Positions 11,425 to 24,813 of a stretch of 64,000 nt of DNA are shown piece after piece; within the stretch, counting starts at the first letter, position 1, and every line of letters starts with the position of its first letter. This DNA is from Rhynchobatus australiae (taxonomy: Eukaryota). Where the stretch lies: assembly GCA_034780895.1 (NCBI GenBank), contig JAUZTB010000075.1:20438664-20502663 (forward strand), written 5' to 3'. A program made the position numbers and the translations under genes. Below the pieces are notes generated by a model, which was not told the origin of the DNA, made no database searches, and was given only the letters and a program-made list of their open reading frames with translations.

Positions 11425-14400
11425 CAAAAGAGCGCCATTGGTAGACCAGCCTAGTTGACTGGTGAAAATTCCAAGGCAAGAGGAGGAGCAGAGCCTTAAA
11501 GCAGTTGTCTTGAATAATTGGGAGCCAAATCAGCCAATGAAAATGAGGCAGACTATCGCAGAGCAGCCATTGTTGAAGTAAGATCGTGCGTAAGTGGCGA
11601 CGCTCCTGCGTGAAGAGGCTGAGTACGTAGCCCAGATAAAAATGGGTAAGGTTTTTTAACCTCCCTTTCCTAAAATTGCTAAGTAGTCCGAGGAGTGTAC
11701 CAATTTGATAATAGCAAGTATTTAGGCACATATTAAAAATACAGTATAACGAATTAAATAAAGTGGAGATACAGAGTCAGTTGATTAGTTGTAGCAGCAT
11801 GATCCGGGAGCAATTGAACCCCATTGTAGTTTCTGCTTACCATATTTGTAGCAAGTGTTGGTTGCTTGAGGAATTCTGACTCAAAATCGATGAGCAGAAA
11901 TCTGAGGTTCATGNNNNNNNNNNNNNNNNNNNNNNNNNNNNNNNNNNNNNNNNNNNNNNNNNNNNNNNNNNNNNNNNNNNNNNNNNNNNNNNNNNNNNNN
12001 NNNNNNNNNNNNNNNNNNNNNNNNNNNNNNNNNNNNNNNNNNNNNNNNNNNNNNNNNNNNNNNNNNNNNNNNNNNNNNNNNNNNNNNNNNNNNNNNNNNN
12101 NNNNNNNNNNNNNNNNNNNNNNNNNNNNNNNNNNNNNNNNNNNNNNNNNNNNNNNNNNNNNNNNNNNNNNNNNNNNNNNNNNNNNNNNNNNNNNNNNNNN
12201 NNNNNNNNNNNNNNNNNNNNNNNNNNNNNNNNNNNNNNNNNNNNNNNNNNNNNNNNNNNNNNNNNNNNNNNNNNNNNNNNNNNNNNNNNNNNNNNNNNNN
12301 NNNNNNNNNNNNNNNNNNNNNNNTCTCATCTGGCCTGCAGAGGAACTTGGTGGGAGGGAAAAGTTCAGTTGTCTTGGTCCATGTGGGTAACAACGATTTA
12401 GGTAGAACAAGGACAGACGTTCTGCTGAAGCAACGTGTGCAGCGAGGGACAAAATTAAAAAGCAGAAGCAAAACGATAATAATCTGTGGATTACTGCCTG
12501 AGCCACACACAGTTAATAAGTTTAAAGTGGTAAGCGCGAGGCTCAAAGATTCGTGGGCGAGAAGCGGATTTGAATTCGGAGGGCACTGGGGCTAGCACTG
12601 GCGAAGGAGAGGGCTGCGTCGATGGAATGGGCTTTACCTAAATCATGCTGGGCCCAGAGTCCTGGGGATTCGCATAACTAGGGCTGTAGGTAATATTTTA
12701 AACTAAACAGTTCGGTGGATGGGTTCAAATGTATGGAAAATTGAAGAAAATTATAAAGGGAAGAAGAGCACAGCAGAAGATATTAAAGTATCTTGAATAA
12801 AAAAAGGACATGGTTTATAAAGCCAACTCAGGGATAACTGAGAGCGGTGATATTGTATACAGGAGTGAGGGTGTTACATTTGAATGCACGCACTATATAT
12901 AACAATGTAAATGAGTTTGCAGCACAGACTGAAATTGGCGGGTACGATGTCTACGAGACAGATTATTGCACTAGCGTGGTGCAGCTCACTGCGGAACAGG
13001 CAATTCTGTATTTAGCGTTGTGTAATGAGGAGAACTTGATCAGGATCTTAAAGTGAAGGAATCCTTTGCAGGCAGTGACCATAATATGATAGAATTTACC
13101 CTGCAGTTTGAGAGTGATAAGCTGACATGTGCTGTACCGCATTACAGTTGAGAAAAAGTAACAGTAGTTGCAAGAGGGAGTTGCTGGCCAGAGCTGATTG
13201 GAAGGGGCCTCCAGCAGGAAAGATGGTGCACTGACGGAAACGTCTGAGAATAATTCGGAAGATAACAGAATTTCATGCCAAGGAAGAAAATTCATGCTAA
13301 AGAGAGGACGGGGCAACCGTGGCTGACACGACTGGAAGTCACAGGCAGCATACAAGCAACAGTGAAGCCATACAATATGGAAAAGTTTGGTGAAAATCCA
13401 TAGGATCGGGAAGCCTTTATAAGCCAACATAGGACAACTAAATCTAGAAGGGAGGAGCAGATGAAATACGAGGGTAAACTAGTGTAAAGAGCAGCAAGAC
13501 TGGGCATTGGACCACTTGAAATTGCTGCTGCATAAATACTGATGGGGAACAGTGAAATGGCAGAGGAAATAACAGAACCTGTGTAAATCTTCACAGTGGA
13601 AGATACCAGGAACATGCCATAAATTCAAGAGAATGAGGGGCAGATGTGTGTGCTGTGGCCATTATTCAGAAGAAGGAGCTGGGAAGCTGAATGCCCTGAA
13701 GGTGGATATATCAGCTGGACCAGATGGACCACATCCCAGAATTCTGAAAGAGGTAGCTGAAGAGATCGAATACGACGCTGCTATTTTGAAAGGATGGATG
13801 CAAAAGACAGGAAATTATAGGCCGGATAGCCTGACCTCGGTGGTTGGTAAGATTTTAGAGTCCATTAAGGATGACATTTCGGAGTAGTTGGAAATATATG
13901 ATAAAATGGGACGAAGTCAGCATGATTTCATTAAGACGAGATCTTTCCTGCGAAATCTTTTAGAAGTCTTGGATAAGGTCACAAACAGGTTTGGTAAAGG
14001 AAAGTCGGTGAACGTTATTTACTTGCATTTTTAGAAAGCCTTTGACAAGCTGCCACACACGAGGCCACTTAACAAGAAAAGTGTCCATGATATTAGAGGC
14101 AAGGTACTAGTATGGACAGAAGATTGACTGACTGACATAAGTGACAGTGGGGACAAAGGAGTCATTTTCAGGATGGTTGCGGTGACTAGTGGAGATCCTC
14201 AGTGGTCAACGTTGGGACTGCAACCTTTCACTTTATATATCAATGATCTGAATGAAGAAACTAACGGCATTATTCACTGATCGCAATTTTGCAGATGATA
14301 CTAAAGTATATGGAGACCCAGGAAGTTTCGCAGAGGATGGAACTCTACAAAAGGACTTAGACAGTTTGACAGAGCGGCCAGTAAAGTAGCATTGGAATAT

Positions 14401-15200
14401 ACAGTTGGGAAGTGTGGGGTTATGCACTTTGAAAAAAAATAAAGGTTTTGACTACTTGGTAACTGGGGAGATAAATCAGATATTTGAGGGGCAAAGGGAC
14501 TTGCGAGTCCTCGTTCAGGATTCCCTCTCAGTTAACTTGCAGGTTAAGTCGCTAGTAAAGAAGGTAAATGCAATGTTTGCATGCATTTCGAGAGGACCAG
14601 AAAATAAAAGCAACGACGTACTGATGTGGCTTTATAAGGCGTTGGTCGGACCGCATTTGGAATATAGTGAGCAAATTTGAGTCCGGTATCGAAGGAAGGA
14701 TGTGCTCGCTCTGGAGCGAGTCCAGAAGTGGTTCACAAGAATGATACCAGAAATGAAAGGATTAACATATGAGGAGCTTTTTATGTCTCTGGTACTGTAC
14801 TGGATGGGGTTCAGAAGGATGAGGGGGGTCTCATTGAAACCTACAGGATATTGAGCGGCCTGCAGAAGGTGGACGTGGAGAGGATGTTTCCATTAGTAGA
14901 AGAATCCAGGATCCGAGGGCAAAGTCTCAGAAGAAAGGGACATACTTTGAGACTGAGATCAGGAGGAATTTCTTCAGCAATGTGGTGAATCTGTGTAATT
15001 CGTTGACGCGTGGGGCTGTTGAGGCCACGTCATTAGGTATAATTAAGGCAGTGATTGATAGGGCCATGATTATTAAGGGCGTTAAGGGTTACGGGGAGAA
15101 GATGTGAGAAAGGAATTGAAGAAAAATCAGACACGATGGAAAGGAGGAATTCGACTCAATGGGTCGAATGGCCTAATTCTGCTCATATATCTTATGGTCA
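11425..15200 (+). mobile_element. Near full-length decayed CR1 LINE (ORF1 esterase, ORF2 APE+RT)
   Basis: ORF1 SGNH motifs VLVHVGNNDLG..IIICGLLPEP. ORF2 LHLNARTIYN, AGPDGPHPRILKE, GNYRPDSLTSVVGKILESI, FADDTK, LYKALVGPHLEY. 3' end ggcctaattctgctc..tcttatggtc. Confidence 0.9.
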
Positions 15201-15204
15201 AATG

Positions 15205-15600
15205 GAGACTGGTGTGTGTTTTCAAGCGTTTGTATCTTCTGTTCGATGGAAGTGGAAATATCTTTGATTATGTTTGCTCCTTTTCTGAGGCAACAAAAAG
15301 TATGGACAGAGTCCATTGAGGGAAGTCATGTTTTTGTCATGAACCGAAATGTGTCCACAACTCTCTAAAATTTCTTGCAGTCTTTGCAATGCATTTGCCA
15401 ACCAAGTTGTAATACATCCTTATTGGATGCTTTCTTTGATGCATCTCTTAAAAATCAGGACATGCCAAATTTCCTACGCATTCTGAGGAAAGGTATGGAT
15501 TCGCGCTTCATTCGCTGTGTGAGAAGGCAGAGTGACGCATGCCGTTTGTGGAGGGGTAAACGAATCTGGAATTGCTCTTTTTTACCTTTGTCCCATTCAT
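15205..15600 (-). mobile_element. Rex1/Babar-type LINE fragment (right half)
   Basis: ggtgtgtgttttcaagcgtttgtatcttctg... continues directly from the fragment ending at 11424. Confidence 0.55.
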
Positions 15601-16005
15601 CCACGTCTATATACATGGAGTCTGCATGGATTATCTGCAGTTAAGAAATGTCGTAAACATGCTTTTTCATCCAGCAACTGTTGTGCGATTTTACATTTTT
15701 CTGATCACAGACGTCCTTTCTTTTTATCTCTCCTCATTGTCCCATCCTTGTAACCTGCTAAAATTGGAAGATTTCGCTTTTTCGTATGTGAAACCACTGA
15801 GCCAATGCTTTACAAAATGTTCATTAACATTCTTAAAAATGGTTTCATAATTCTCAATTCAGTATTCACAAAACATAGAGCAAGCTAAAAATACTCATCC
15901 TTACCCAGGATGCCATCCAGCCCTTGCAAGAGCTGTCGGTCANNNNNNNNNNNNNNNNNNNNNNNNNNNNNNNNNNNNNNNNNNNNNNNNNNNNNNNNNN
16001 NNNNN

Positions 16006-17030
16006 CATACCCTTGAGAAAGGGCCAGACAGTTGGCCCGAATGGAAACATTTCGATCCCGTTGACTAGCCAAATTAGCCAAGCTGGAAAGCAGACAAACT
16101 GGGACGTTTCGCGCCAACTCGCTCATCCTGTGCAACTGTTACTCAAAGAGTAGGTCTGAAGTTTAACAAAAACTTCAGGAAAGACACTTTACAGAAGCAA
16201 ATGGTGTGTGAAACTTCCCACATTAAATATATACATGAAACACGAACTCCTCCTAGCTGCAAAACTGGCAATCGTCCTGGGAGTCCGTCAATCAACCTTT
16301 GCATTGCAACACATGTGCATCACTCTCCGCCCCAGGAGCCCGATGTAAAGTGGGCGGACTTCTTCCTATTGGGACTTTCACTGTGGAGCCCCTCATTTCC
16401 AGTTGTCAGAATGGACCACCACGCCATGTACAGATGGCAGACGAGGGTAATCAATGGAGAGTGTGCAGGAGCAGCCCGTACATGAAACGCATCTGTGCTC
16501 TGTGGTACAGCACACGGGGCACCTCCAAAAGATGATCCATGTTATGCGGGACTGGCTCCTGAGGACTTCAGGGCCTGAGACCAATAATCAACCGAGCTGG
16601 TGTGACATCTGCTGGAGTGTCTTGCTCTTCCCAGCAGGGAAACCAATTGTGATCGGACAGGCGGAATCTTTGGACACGAGCCACAAGTGTATGCTGCACG
16701 CTTACCTAACATCTGGCCCTTCTCTTAGTACAGCTACCATAGTAGCCGAGACACTCGCCCACCCCGTCAACAGGCTGCGGTGTTCTCCAGCTTGAGGTGA
16801 CAATATCGCGGTAAATGATGCAACTCCTTCAGAGTGGCATGGCAACGCTTACCACTGTGAACTGTACGTGGACATGAAAGCAGCGCCACGGCCAAAGAAG
16901 GACTGCACCAGCGCATCACACTTAGGAAGATATTCAACGTACATATATTTCTGCAGGTAGAATGTCCGCACTTGGGTTCAGATGGACACCAATGACTGAC
17001 CTCCATCCTCAATGGGAGACGCAGAAATAC
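16006..17030 (-). mobile_element. Tx1-clade LINE, decayed ORF2 C-terminal (zinc-knuckle) region
   Basis: Minus translation gives RFMYGLLLHTLH, TDSQDDCQFCS*EEFVFHVYI*C and VCLLSSLANLA, matching the Tx1 C-terminal pattern. Confidence 0.65.
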
Positions 17031-17227
17031 GCCACAGGCATGTTTTATTCTTCCAGCCTTTTCAATTTTATTTTTTGATTTTTAACATCAGCAGCTTCAG
17101 AATTTCGATGACATCATTGTACAATTTTTTTGAGAAATGTAATTGCAGAAACAGCCCTGTAAACTCTAACTAGGTGACGAGTTCAAGTTGCAATAGCATA
17201 ATTAAACTTATGTATTATTTTTGACAG

Positions 17228-17671
17228 ACCACCTGAAGTTACGTCTGTCCGGGGGTGGTGATGCATGTGCTGGACGACTGNNNNNNNNNNNNNNNNNNNN
17301 NNNNNNNNNNNNNNNNNNNNNNNNNNNNNNNNNNNNNNNNNNNNNNNNNNNNNNNNNNNNNNNNNNNNNNNNNNNNNNNNGGGGTGGTGATGCATGTGCT
17401 GGACGACTGGAGATTTATTACCGTGGGTCTTGGGGCACAGTTTGTGACAACTCCTGGGATCTGGTTGACGCTAACGTGGTCTGCAGGCAACTAGTTTGTG
17501 GATATGCTTTAGAAGATAAACATCCTGGTTACTGTGGACGAAGTGCTGGCCCAGTTTTGTTGGATGAAGTGAGATGTTCGGGTAACGAGTCATATCTCTG
17601 GGAATGTCCCTCGGCACCGTGGGGCGAATACGACTGCAGTCATAAGAAAGATGTGAAAGTAACATGTTCTG
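17228..17671 (+). CDS. SRCR exon (interrupted by an artefactual 100-N gap with overlapping flanks)
   Basis: ttgacag| [35 protein letters not shown]...VTCS G|gtgagg, 8 Cys. Confidence 0.92.
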
Positions 17672-19554
17672 GTGAGGATGCTTTCAATCTGTTCATTTAT
17701 TGCGTTATGAAATATGAGGTTTCGTTCCGAAGATGGAAGAAAGAATGTACCACAAACAATGGGAGTGTTGCATGATCTACGCAAAATTTTCGCCCTGCAT
17801 GGGCTTTGGCCCAATGAAAAAGAATATTCATCCCTTTCTGTGTTCATTTCTCCCTTGCTAATTCTTTACTTTCACTGAAATTATGTGTCATGTCGCTTAC
17901 TGTAAATCTCCTAGTTGCATTGATAACTGCCTATCAAACATCAGCAACAAGTAAGTGAACGGTATACAGAACGAAAACCACAACCCACGGAGAAACCCAA
18001 TCAAATCCTCTGGTAAATATAAAGTACTGTCGTGGCTCAGGATAATAATTTTGTTCTTCCCTGGGAGATATAAGGGGTCTCTCCATTTCTCTCCAAATGT
18101 TTTAAACTTCCAATTTAGGTCCCATTATTTTAAAGTTCATTTTCCATCAGAGATATCAGAACTTTCAAAACTCTTCCCAAATTCCGCCAATCTGAGACCA
18201 TTTCATTTTATTCTTTCATACGACCCATCTACCACTCCCCCACCACCTCCCCCACCCTCACTAATGTTCTGACATTTCTCTGGCTTTAGACATGATTCCT
18301 TGTGTTGAAGCTTATCCAAAACACTGGATAAAAATTTCGCCGAAGACAACTTAAAGTTAAACTCGCTCACCATGTATGCACGAAATTCAGTTAGGATTCC
18401 AAGCATTATTATTGTGTTTCAAGACATATTGATGTCCTCCACATACTCATGCTTGGCTTCGAAATCCTTTCCAGATCGTGTTGCTGGCTGCTGGCAAGTG
18501 GTGAAAAAGCATTGCCAAAACACTCTCTGGAAAGATCAATTTTATTTTAGGGTCTGAGAACTAGGAAAGAGGGGACGCCCGGTGCTTTTCAGTAGCAGAG
18601 AAGGTGGGCTGGGATGGGGAACAATGGGAATATTTCTGATGTTGTGGCAGTAAATGAGTTCATGTGGTCATTTGGCGAACATTTCTGACCAGATTGCTCT
18701 GTGTTTTTTAATGTGATGCTAATATGAAGCTGTGGGTAATGAACAACGGGCCAAACTGTAGCAACAGAAAATGAAAACTGAACTAAAATAATGATAAGCA
18801 ACAATGGCCTTTTCTGATCCAGAGACACAGAAAGATTGAATCCCCTTAAACCGGAGAATTTGATCTTGAGTCCCAAAGAACACAAGAAATGGTAGGCAAC
18901 TGGACTATCAGGTGAGGAGCACTCTTGCAGACTGAAAGCAAGTGCTCCACAAAGCAATAACGCAAATACATATTGACTCCATTGTGAAAAGAGAATGCAA
19001 TGGAAAAAGTGTGGAAAACCAAGTGCAAATCAATCGCTGCTATTCCTGGAAAGGCTATTTGTGTCTCTGAATCATAGGAAGAAAATAGGGGAAAGGAATT
19101 GCGTTGCATATACTGCAGCTATGTGGTAGAGTGGCATTATTCAGAAGGGTAGGTGGGATCCCAAAAACAGCGCACTGAATGTTCAACCATGAGTTATTTT
19201 TTCCGACCAGTGAAAGAGCCCTTTGGCATTTCATTTATGTCCTACGTCTCTGCTCTCACAGATTGATGCTTATTCCTAACATCCCACCCCACCTGTCTCC
19301 CCGTTCAACGTGTAATCCTTGGCAATTTCAATGAGTCCACCGTCTAAAACAGTGTCCGCAATCCATTTTCAGCATGACTCAATTCCCTCGCCCTCTCTCC
19401 ACTTCACCAACCTTTCCTTAAAGTGTTTCCAAAATTTCTGTTCATGTTTTAGATGTATACCATGTTTACTTTTTTATTAATTTTCGAAATTTGTCTTCCC
19501 TTGCTGCGTTATGAATATTCTGCCATGAACATGCATCACATGTTTCATTGACAG

Positions 19555-19848
19555 AACACAAAGAACTGCGTTTGGTGAATGGTCCGCATCGATGTGAAGG
19601 GAGAGTGGAAGTATTGTACAATGGGACCTGGGGAACAGTGTGCTCCGACAGCCTGGATAGTGTCGATGCAGACGTGATCTGCAAGCAACTAAAATGTGGA
19701 TCCCACAGATCATTTGAAATTGACACCAGAAAATATGGAAAAGGTTCTGGCCGCATATGGTTCGATGATCTGGAATGTGCTTCGCACGAGTCGATGCTTT
19801 GGCAGTGCCAATCGTCCTCATGTGGAGAACACGACTGTGTCCATGGGG
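19555..19848 (+). CDS. SRCR exon (3' end in gap)
   Basis: ttgacag| EHKELRLVNGPHRCEGRVEVLYNGTWGTVCSD...CGEHDCVHG. Confidence 0.92.
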
Positions 19849-20085
19849 NNNNNNNNNNNNNNNNNNNNNNNNNNNNNNNNNNNNNNNNNNNNNNNNNNNN
19901 NNNNNNNNNNNNNNNNNNNNNNNNNNNNNNNNNNNNNNNNNNNNNNNNGCTCACCATGGACCATGGGGCAGATTCAGGTTTTGCTAGTACAGCTAATACG
20001 AGTTAACCATTGAATAGCGACCTTTATATTGAACATAACTAAACTTGTATATAAAAAACTGTCAGTCTGTTTCATTTGTTAACAG

Positions 20086-20130
20086 GTGTCAACGTACCGG
20101 AAACATCAGAAACAGTAAAGGTCTGCGATG
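20086..20130 (+). CDS. Putative 45-nt inter-domain linker exon
   Basis: tttgttaacag| GVNVPETSETVKVCD G|gtgacg, phase 1-1. It precedes the last SRCR domain, as in CD163/WC1 genes. Confidence 0.5.
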
Positions 20131-20260
20131 GTGACGTTGAATTTGAAGCTGCCGATTTAGCAGGTTATTCATTGTAGGAAATGTCACATGAACTTCATGA
20201 CCCCTATTTCTGGCTTGTAATGAATTCATTGTCACTAATTTTATTTTCTGCTATGTTCAG

Positions 20261-20572
20261 AACTACCATTACATCTGGTTGGGGGTAGCAACACTTGCTC
20301 CGGAAGGTTGGAGATACTGTACAATAACAGCTGGGGCACGGTATGTGATGACTCCTGGGATATGGCCGATGCCGATGTGGTCTGCAGGCAGTTGGGCTGT
20401 GGCTCAGCTCATTGGACAGCAGGAACGCCTACCGTTGCCCAGGGTGATGTTGCTATCTGGATGGATGAAGTGAAATGCACTGGACAAGAATCCTTTCTAT
20501 CCAACTGTCGTTCCTTGCCACGAGGTCAAAGTGACTGTGATCACAAGGAAGATGTAGTTGTCATTTGTTCCG
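20261..20572 (+). CDS. Membrane-proximal SRCR exon
   Basis: atgttcag| ELPLHLVGGSNTCSGRLEILYNNSWGTVCDDSWD...VICS G|gtacgt, 312 nt, 8 Cys. Confidence 0.93.
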
Positions 20573-21723
20573 GTACGTGTCACATGGAAGTTTCCACGAT
20601 CTGTCCAACCAATACGTTCATTTCATTATTGTTTTACTTCGTTTCCTAACTGTTTTATTTTAAAGTGGAATCCTAAATGAATGAAGTTGCTAGACTGTCT
20701 CGGCAATAATATCCGCAGGCCCATTTTTGCCGTCCACTCTCTCCATCTATTCGAGTACTAATTACAAATGCGTTCTTGACTGAGTTCGAATCAGTATTGA
20801 TAGATATGATGTTCGCTTGTTGTTGAGGACAAGGCAGTTCACTTTCAATTTGGTTTCTTTCTTTTTTCTTGCCACGTGTTTCAACCAGCGCCGTTAATAT
20901 TCCTCAAACTATGTTTTCCAACTCAAGCCAAATATCTCAGTGGCGTTACGGGGTGAGGTCATTGCGTGGGTAACAGCAGATTATTGCCCTTCTATTAACG
21001 TTATCATTGATAAGTGTCATTAATGAAATATGATTGCCCATCAACTGGCAGAACTCTATGGATCTTTGAGTGGAGATTCCCGAATTTATAGAAAGCGGTG
21101 ATTGTAGAATGGTGGCATTTCTTCGAATCAAGATAATGTGTGACCTTGACAAAATTTGGAGGTGGTAGTTCCTATGTTCTGGCGTCACCGTCGTTCAATT
21201 AAAAACGGTGGTCATGGGCAGGCAAAAATAACAAAAACTGTCAGAAACATGAATGTGAGTCTTTTGCTTCACGTTGTTATCTTCAAACAAATCCCAGACC
21301 CGATCTTGCATTTATATATTTCTAAACTATGGGGCCACATTTGGCCACGATCATTCAATGCTCCCAGCATGTTTGCAGGCCTTGTCTCTTTGGATATTTT
21401 AAAGTATTCCTGAGAAGGAATAGTCCGAAATGCACGATTATGCGGCAACATGGAATGACAGGAAATTCATTCAGCCGCATATATATCATGTGGCCGGGAG
21501 AGAATCCTGACCACTGACAGGGATGGTGCCTGGTTGGAAAATAGCATTTGTATCGGTATTCACTCAGCTATTCACCTGGTGTAATCCATAAGCGGGGTGC
21601 TTGGAAAATTCCTCACGGATGAAGATCCTCGAGCAGTGTTAAATATCATAAAAACTCGCCATGAACATTTACACACTTGTCCTGCAGGCTCTGTTTTGAA
21701 TATTTCTGTATTTTTTGTTTAAG

Positions 21724-21840
21724 GGTTTGGATATAAGACTCCCTCCAAGATGGTTGTCTCCTGCATAATCCTTGGTATTATCCTTATCGGTGAGTTATTC
21801 GCACTGATGGTGATTATGCGGAGAAGATCTGCAAGAAAAG
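21724..21840 (+). CDS. Transmembrane exon of the SRCR receptor
   Basis: ttttgtttaag| GFGYKTPSKMVVSCIILGIILIGELFALMVIMRRRSARK G|gtaagg. A hydrophobic stretch is followed by basic stop-transfer residues; 117 nt, phase 1-1. Confidence 0.85.
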
Positions 21841-24800
21841 GTAAGGTTCATATTTTACGCTGAAGGGTCACATCGGATTTGTCGTAACTCAGCGAGATTC
21901 TTGTTCACAGCACATTTCCAAAATCTGTTTGCGAAAATAAGAATGAATTTTAAGCAGTATTGTTTAGCAAGTGGTCATGGACTTGAATTCGCGAACATAT
22001 CTAGAATGTTAACTTTCTCTGACCTTTCTTAGCCGACACACGAGAATTTGTCACTTGTGATAGTGAAACGGAAACGTTCAATTGTAGGTTGTTGGATGAC
22101 CGATTGATTGTTCGTTTGACTGCAATTCGGCTATCAATTGAATACATCGCTCATTTCAATTTCCTGGAGCCGTGGCACAACCTCGAACATTCTGATCACA
22201 TTCTGTCTATCACGTTGAAAGGAAACACTTTCTTCACGTTTTTTAAAAGATTGAATTCGTTGTTCTATGTCCTTTTTACAATTGTTCCATGCAACGCAAT
22301 GCTTCACTGCCACTTCCAAAACCGAGAAGACTGCCGAAGTCTGATTTCCTCGTTATCCGCTTCCATACTGATCCTATCCCAAGTCTAATCCCCACTCTCT
22401 CTTCAGCAAATGCAAGGAATTCAAGAAATCAACCTGTTAAGTGGTAAATATCATCTCCACTCTAATAATTGTATTAATCATCAATACGTAAGAAGAAATA
22501 AATAGACATCCTGAAAGCTGATATGAAAGGGAGAGAGAGATAGAGAAAATGGAGGTCAGACAACGTCGGTGGAGAGATAAAGAATGTTTCATATTAATGA
22601 TAATTAATAAGAACCCAGAAAAAGAGATGTTTGAATTTGCATTGAATTAGAAACACGGAGAGCAGTAAAGTGGCTGAGACACAGTGGAGAAGAAAAGAGA
22701 GTGAATGACAAACACTTTGCTGGGGGCAGTATTTGCTTACTATTTATAAATTTTCAATCTGCTCTCTCGGTTTGTTTCATTACTCTTTATATTTCTGCAT
22801 CCTATTACAGACATCCCCTTTGTTCTCTCATCCATCTTCCGCACCTGTTCCCGGCCTTGATTACCAACTGTTTAGAATCTAACGAAATATGTTAAGACTT
22901 CACAGTTAACTTTTCACATATCAACAAATACCGACTGACCAGTTGACATTTCTACCAGCGTGGGGTTTTATCTGTGATTAATATATTGACTGAACATAAG
23001 CATATATCAGGAATTTTCCTGGTGTGTAAAATGGCTATCTTAGTAAAGATGGAATTCCCCAATGATGTTGTGTGGTGTAACAAGATACTGTAAATATTTT
23101 TATGGAGGATTTATGAATTCTGCTCCAATGTACAAATTAATCCCTCCAGTAACTTTCTATTTTATTCACACTGATGGCCATTATACGAAGATCGGTAAGA
23201 AGAGGTAAAGTTCACATTTTACACTAAATTATTGTACTATAGAACTATAGAACAATACAGCACAATACAGGCCCTTCGGCCCACTACACTGTACCGCCAC
23301 ACCTAAGACTATTTAACATCATCCTCCCACATATCACTCTATAGAACCATAGAACAACTAGGAATGAAATAACTTGGCGAGACTCCAGTTCAGGCAAATT
23401 TCCAAAAGTCTGTTTGCAACAATAGGAATGAAGAATAATCAATACCTTTTCTTTCTCAAGTGGTGATTCATTCAATATCGCGAGCATGTTTCAATGTGAA
23501 TTTCTCTGTCGCTCGTTTGCCGACACCCGAAAATATGCCATTTGTGATAGCGGAAAGAAAACGTCAATTGTAGTTTGCTGGGTGCCTTACTGATTGCTTT
23601 TATGACTGTTATTGAACTGTCCATTGACACCAAGCTCGTTTCATTTTCGTGAATTCGCTGGACAGCGGATCACAGTTATGGAGCGGAAAGCTGGAATTGA
23701 TGTTTACTGATACATCACGCTTTCGATCTTCCTGATGTAAACATACTTTTCCTGTGCAGACTAGAAGACATCTGTGCAGTCGAACTCTTCAAAATTCATG
23801 CTCACTAATATTTAGCATTGACAATCCTCAATCTTGCATTTTATTCGCAAAGGATTATCTGTTAATGTTGAATCGTGCAAATAATTATGTCTTTTTCAAC
23901 TCTCTCTTTAGCAACTGAAAGCATGACTGGCAAGTGCTCACCAGNNNNTTTCACCAAGCAATTTATGAAGAGATTGAGAATACAGTCCCAAGCAATACTT
24001 TCAGTCAGCAGCATGGATCAGGTGGGTATCTGCATTTGAAATCACCCCTTTAAGTGATAAATATCGTCTCCACTCTAATAATTGTATTTATCAACAATAT
24101 GTAAGAAGAAGAAAAGAACATACTTAAAATCTGAAATAAAAGCGAGAGAGACAGACAGAGAGAGGGAGAAGGGGAAGTCAGACAGCGACGAGAAAAGATG
24201 AAAGTTTCATATCAGTGATAATTAATAAGAACCGAGAGAAAAAAAGAGATGATTTAACGAAAATAGAATTGAAAGTACTGATAAAACTAAGATGGTTTTT
24301 GTCACAGTGGAGAGGAAAAGAGAGTGAATGACATAGATATTTCTGAGAGCAGAGTTTGCTTGCTATTTATAAAATTTCACTCCTCTCTCTCAGATTGTTT
24401 CATTACCGTTATGTTGCTGCACCCTGTTACAGACATCCCCCTTGCTCTCTCATCCATCCACCGCACCTGTTCCCTTCAAGTTCAACCAGCCTTGATTCCG
24501 AACCGTTTTGTTTCTAATGAAAGACGTTCGACCTGCACCCTTAACTGTGTTTACATCTCAACAAATGCCGTCTGACCTGTTGAAATGTCTACCCATGTTG
24601 TTTATATGTAATCAACACATTGACGGAACATAAGCATATATCAGAAATCTTCCTGACGTGCAACATGGCTAAATCTCAGAACCTATATGGTATTCCGCAA
24701 TTGTATTGTGCGATGCACCATGATACTGTCACTAATTTCATGCAGGATTTATGAATTATGTTCCACTTTACAAAGTAATCTCTCCAGTAACGTTCATTTT
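21795..24800 (+). repeat. Diverged tandem duplication (~21795-23160 vs ~23161-24800) of the TM-exon end and following introns
   Basis: 23161-23225 is a decayed copy of the TM exon end plus donor. The intron segments align in order, e.g. 22440-23150 with 24050-24790. Confidence 0.75.
23912..24021 (+). CDS. Cytoplasmic exon with YEEI motif
   Basis: ctctctttag| ATESMTGKCSP..FHQAIYEEIENTVPSNTFSQQHGS G|gtgggt. The frame across the 4-N run requires the N count to be inexact. Confidence 0.72.
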
Positions 24801-24813
24801 TATTTACTTCTAG

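Noticed and set aside
17251-17409. Apparent duplication inside an SRCR exon
   Set aside because: An identical ~29-nt overlap on both sides of a 100-N gap; assembly artefact.
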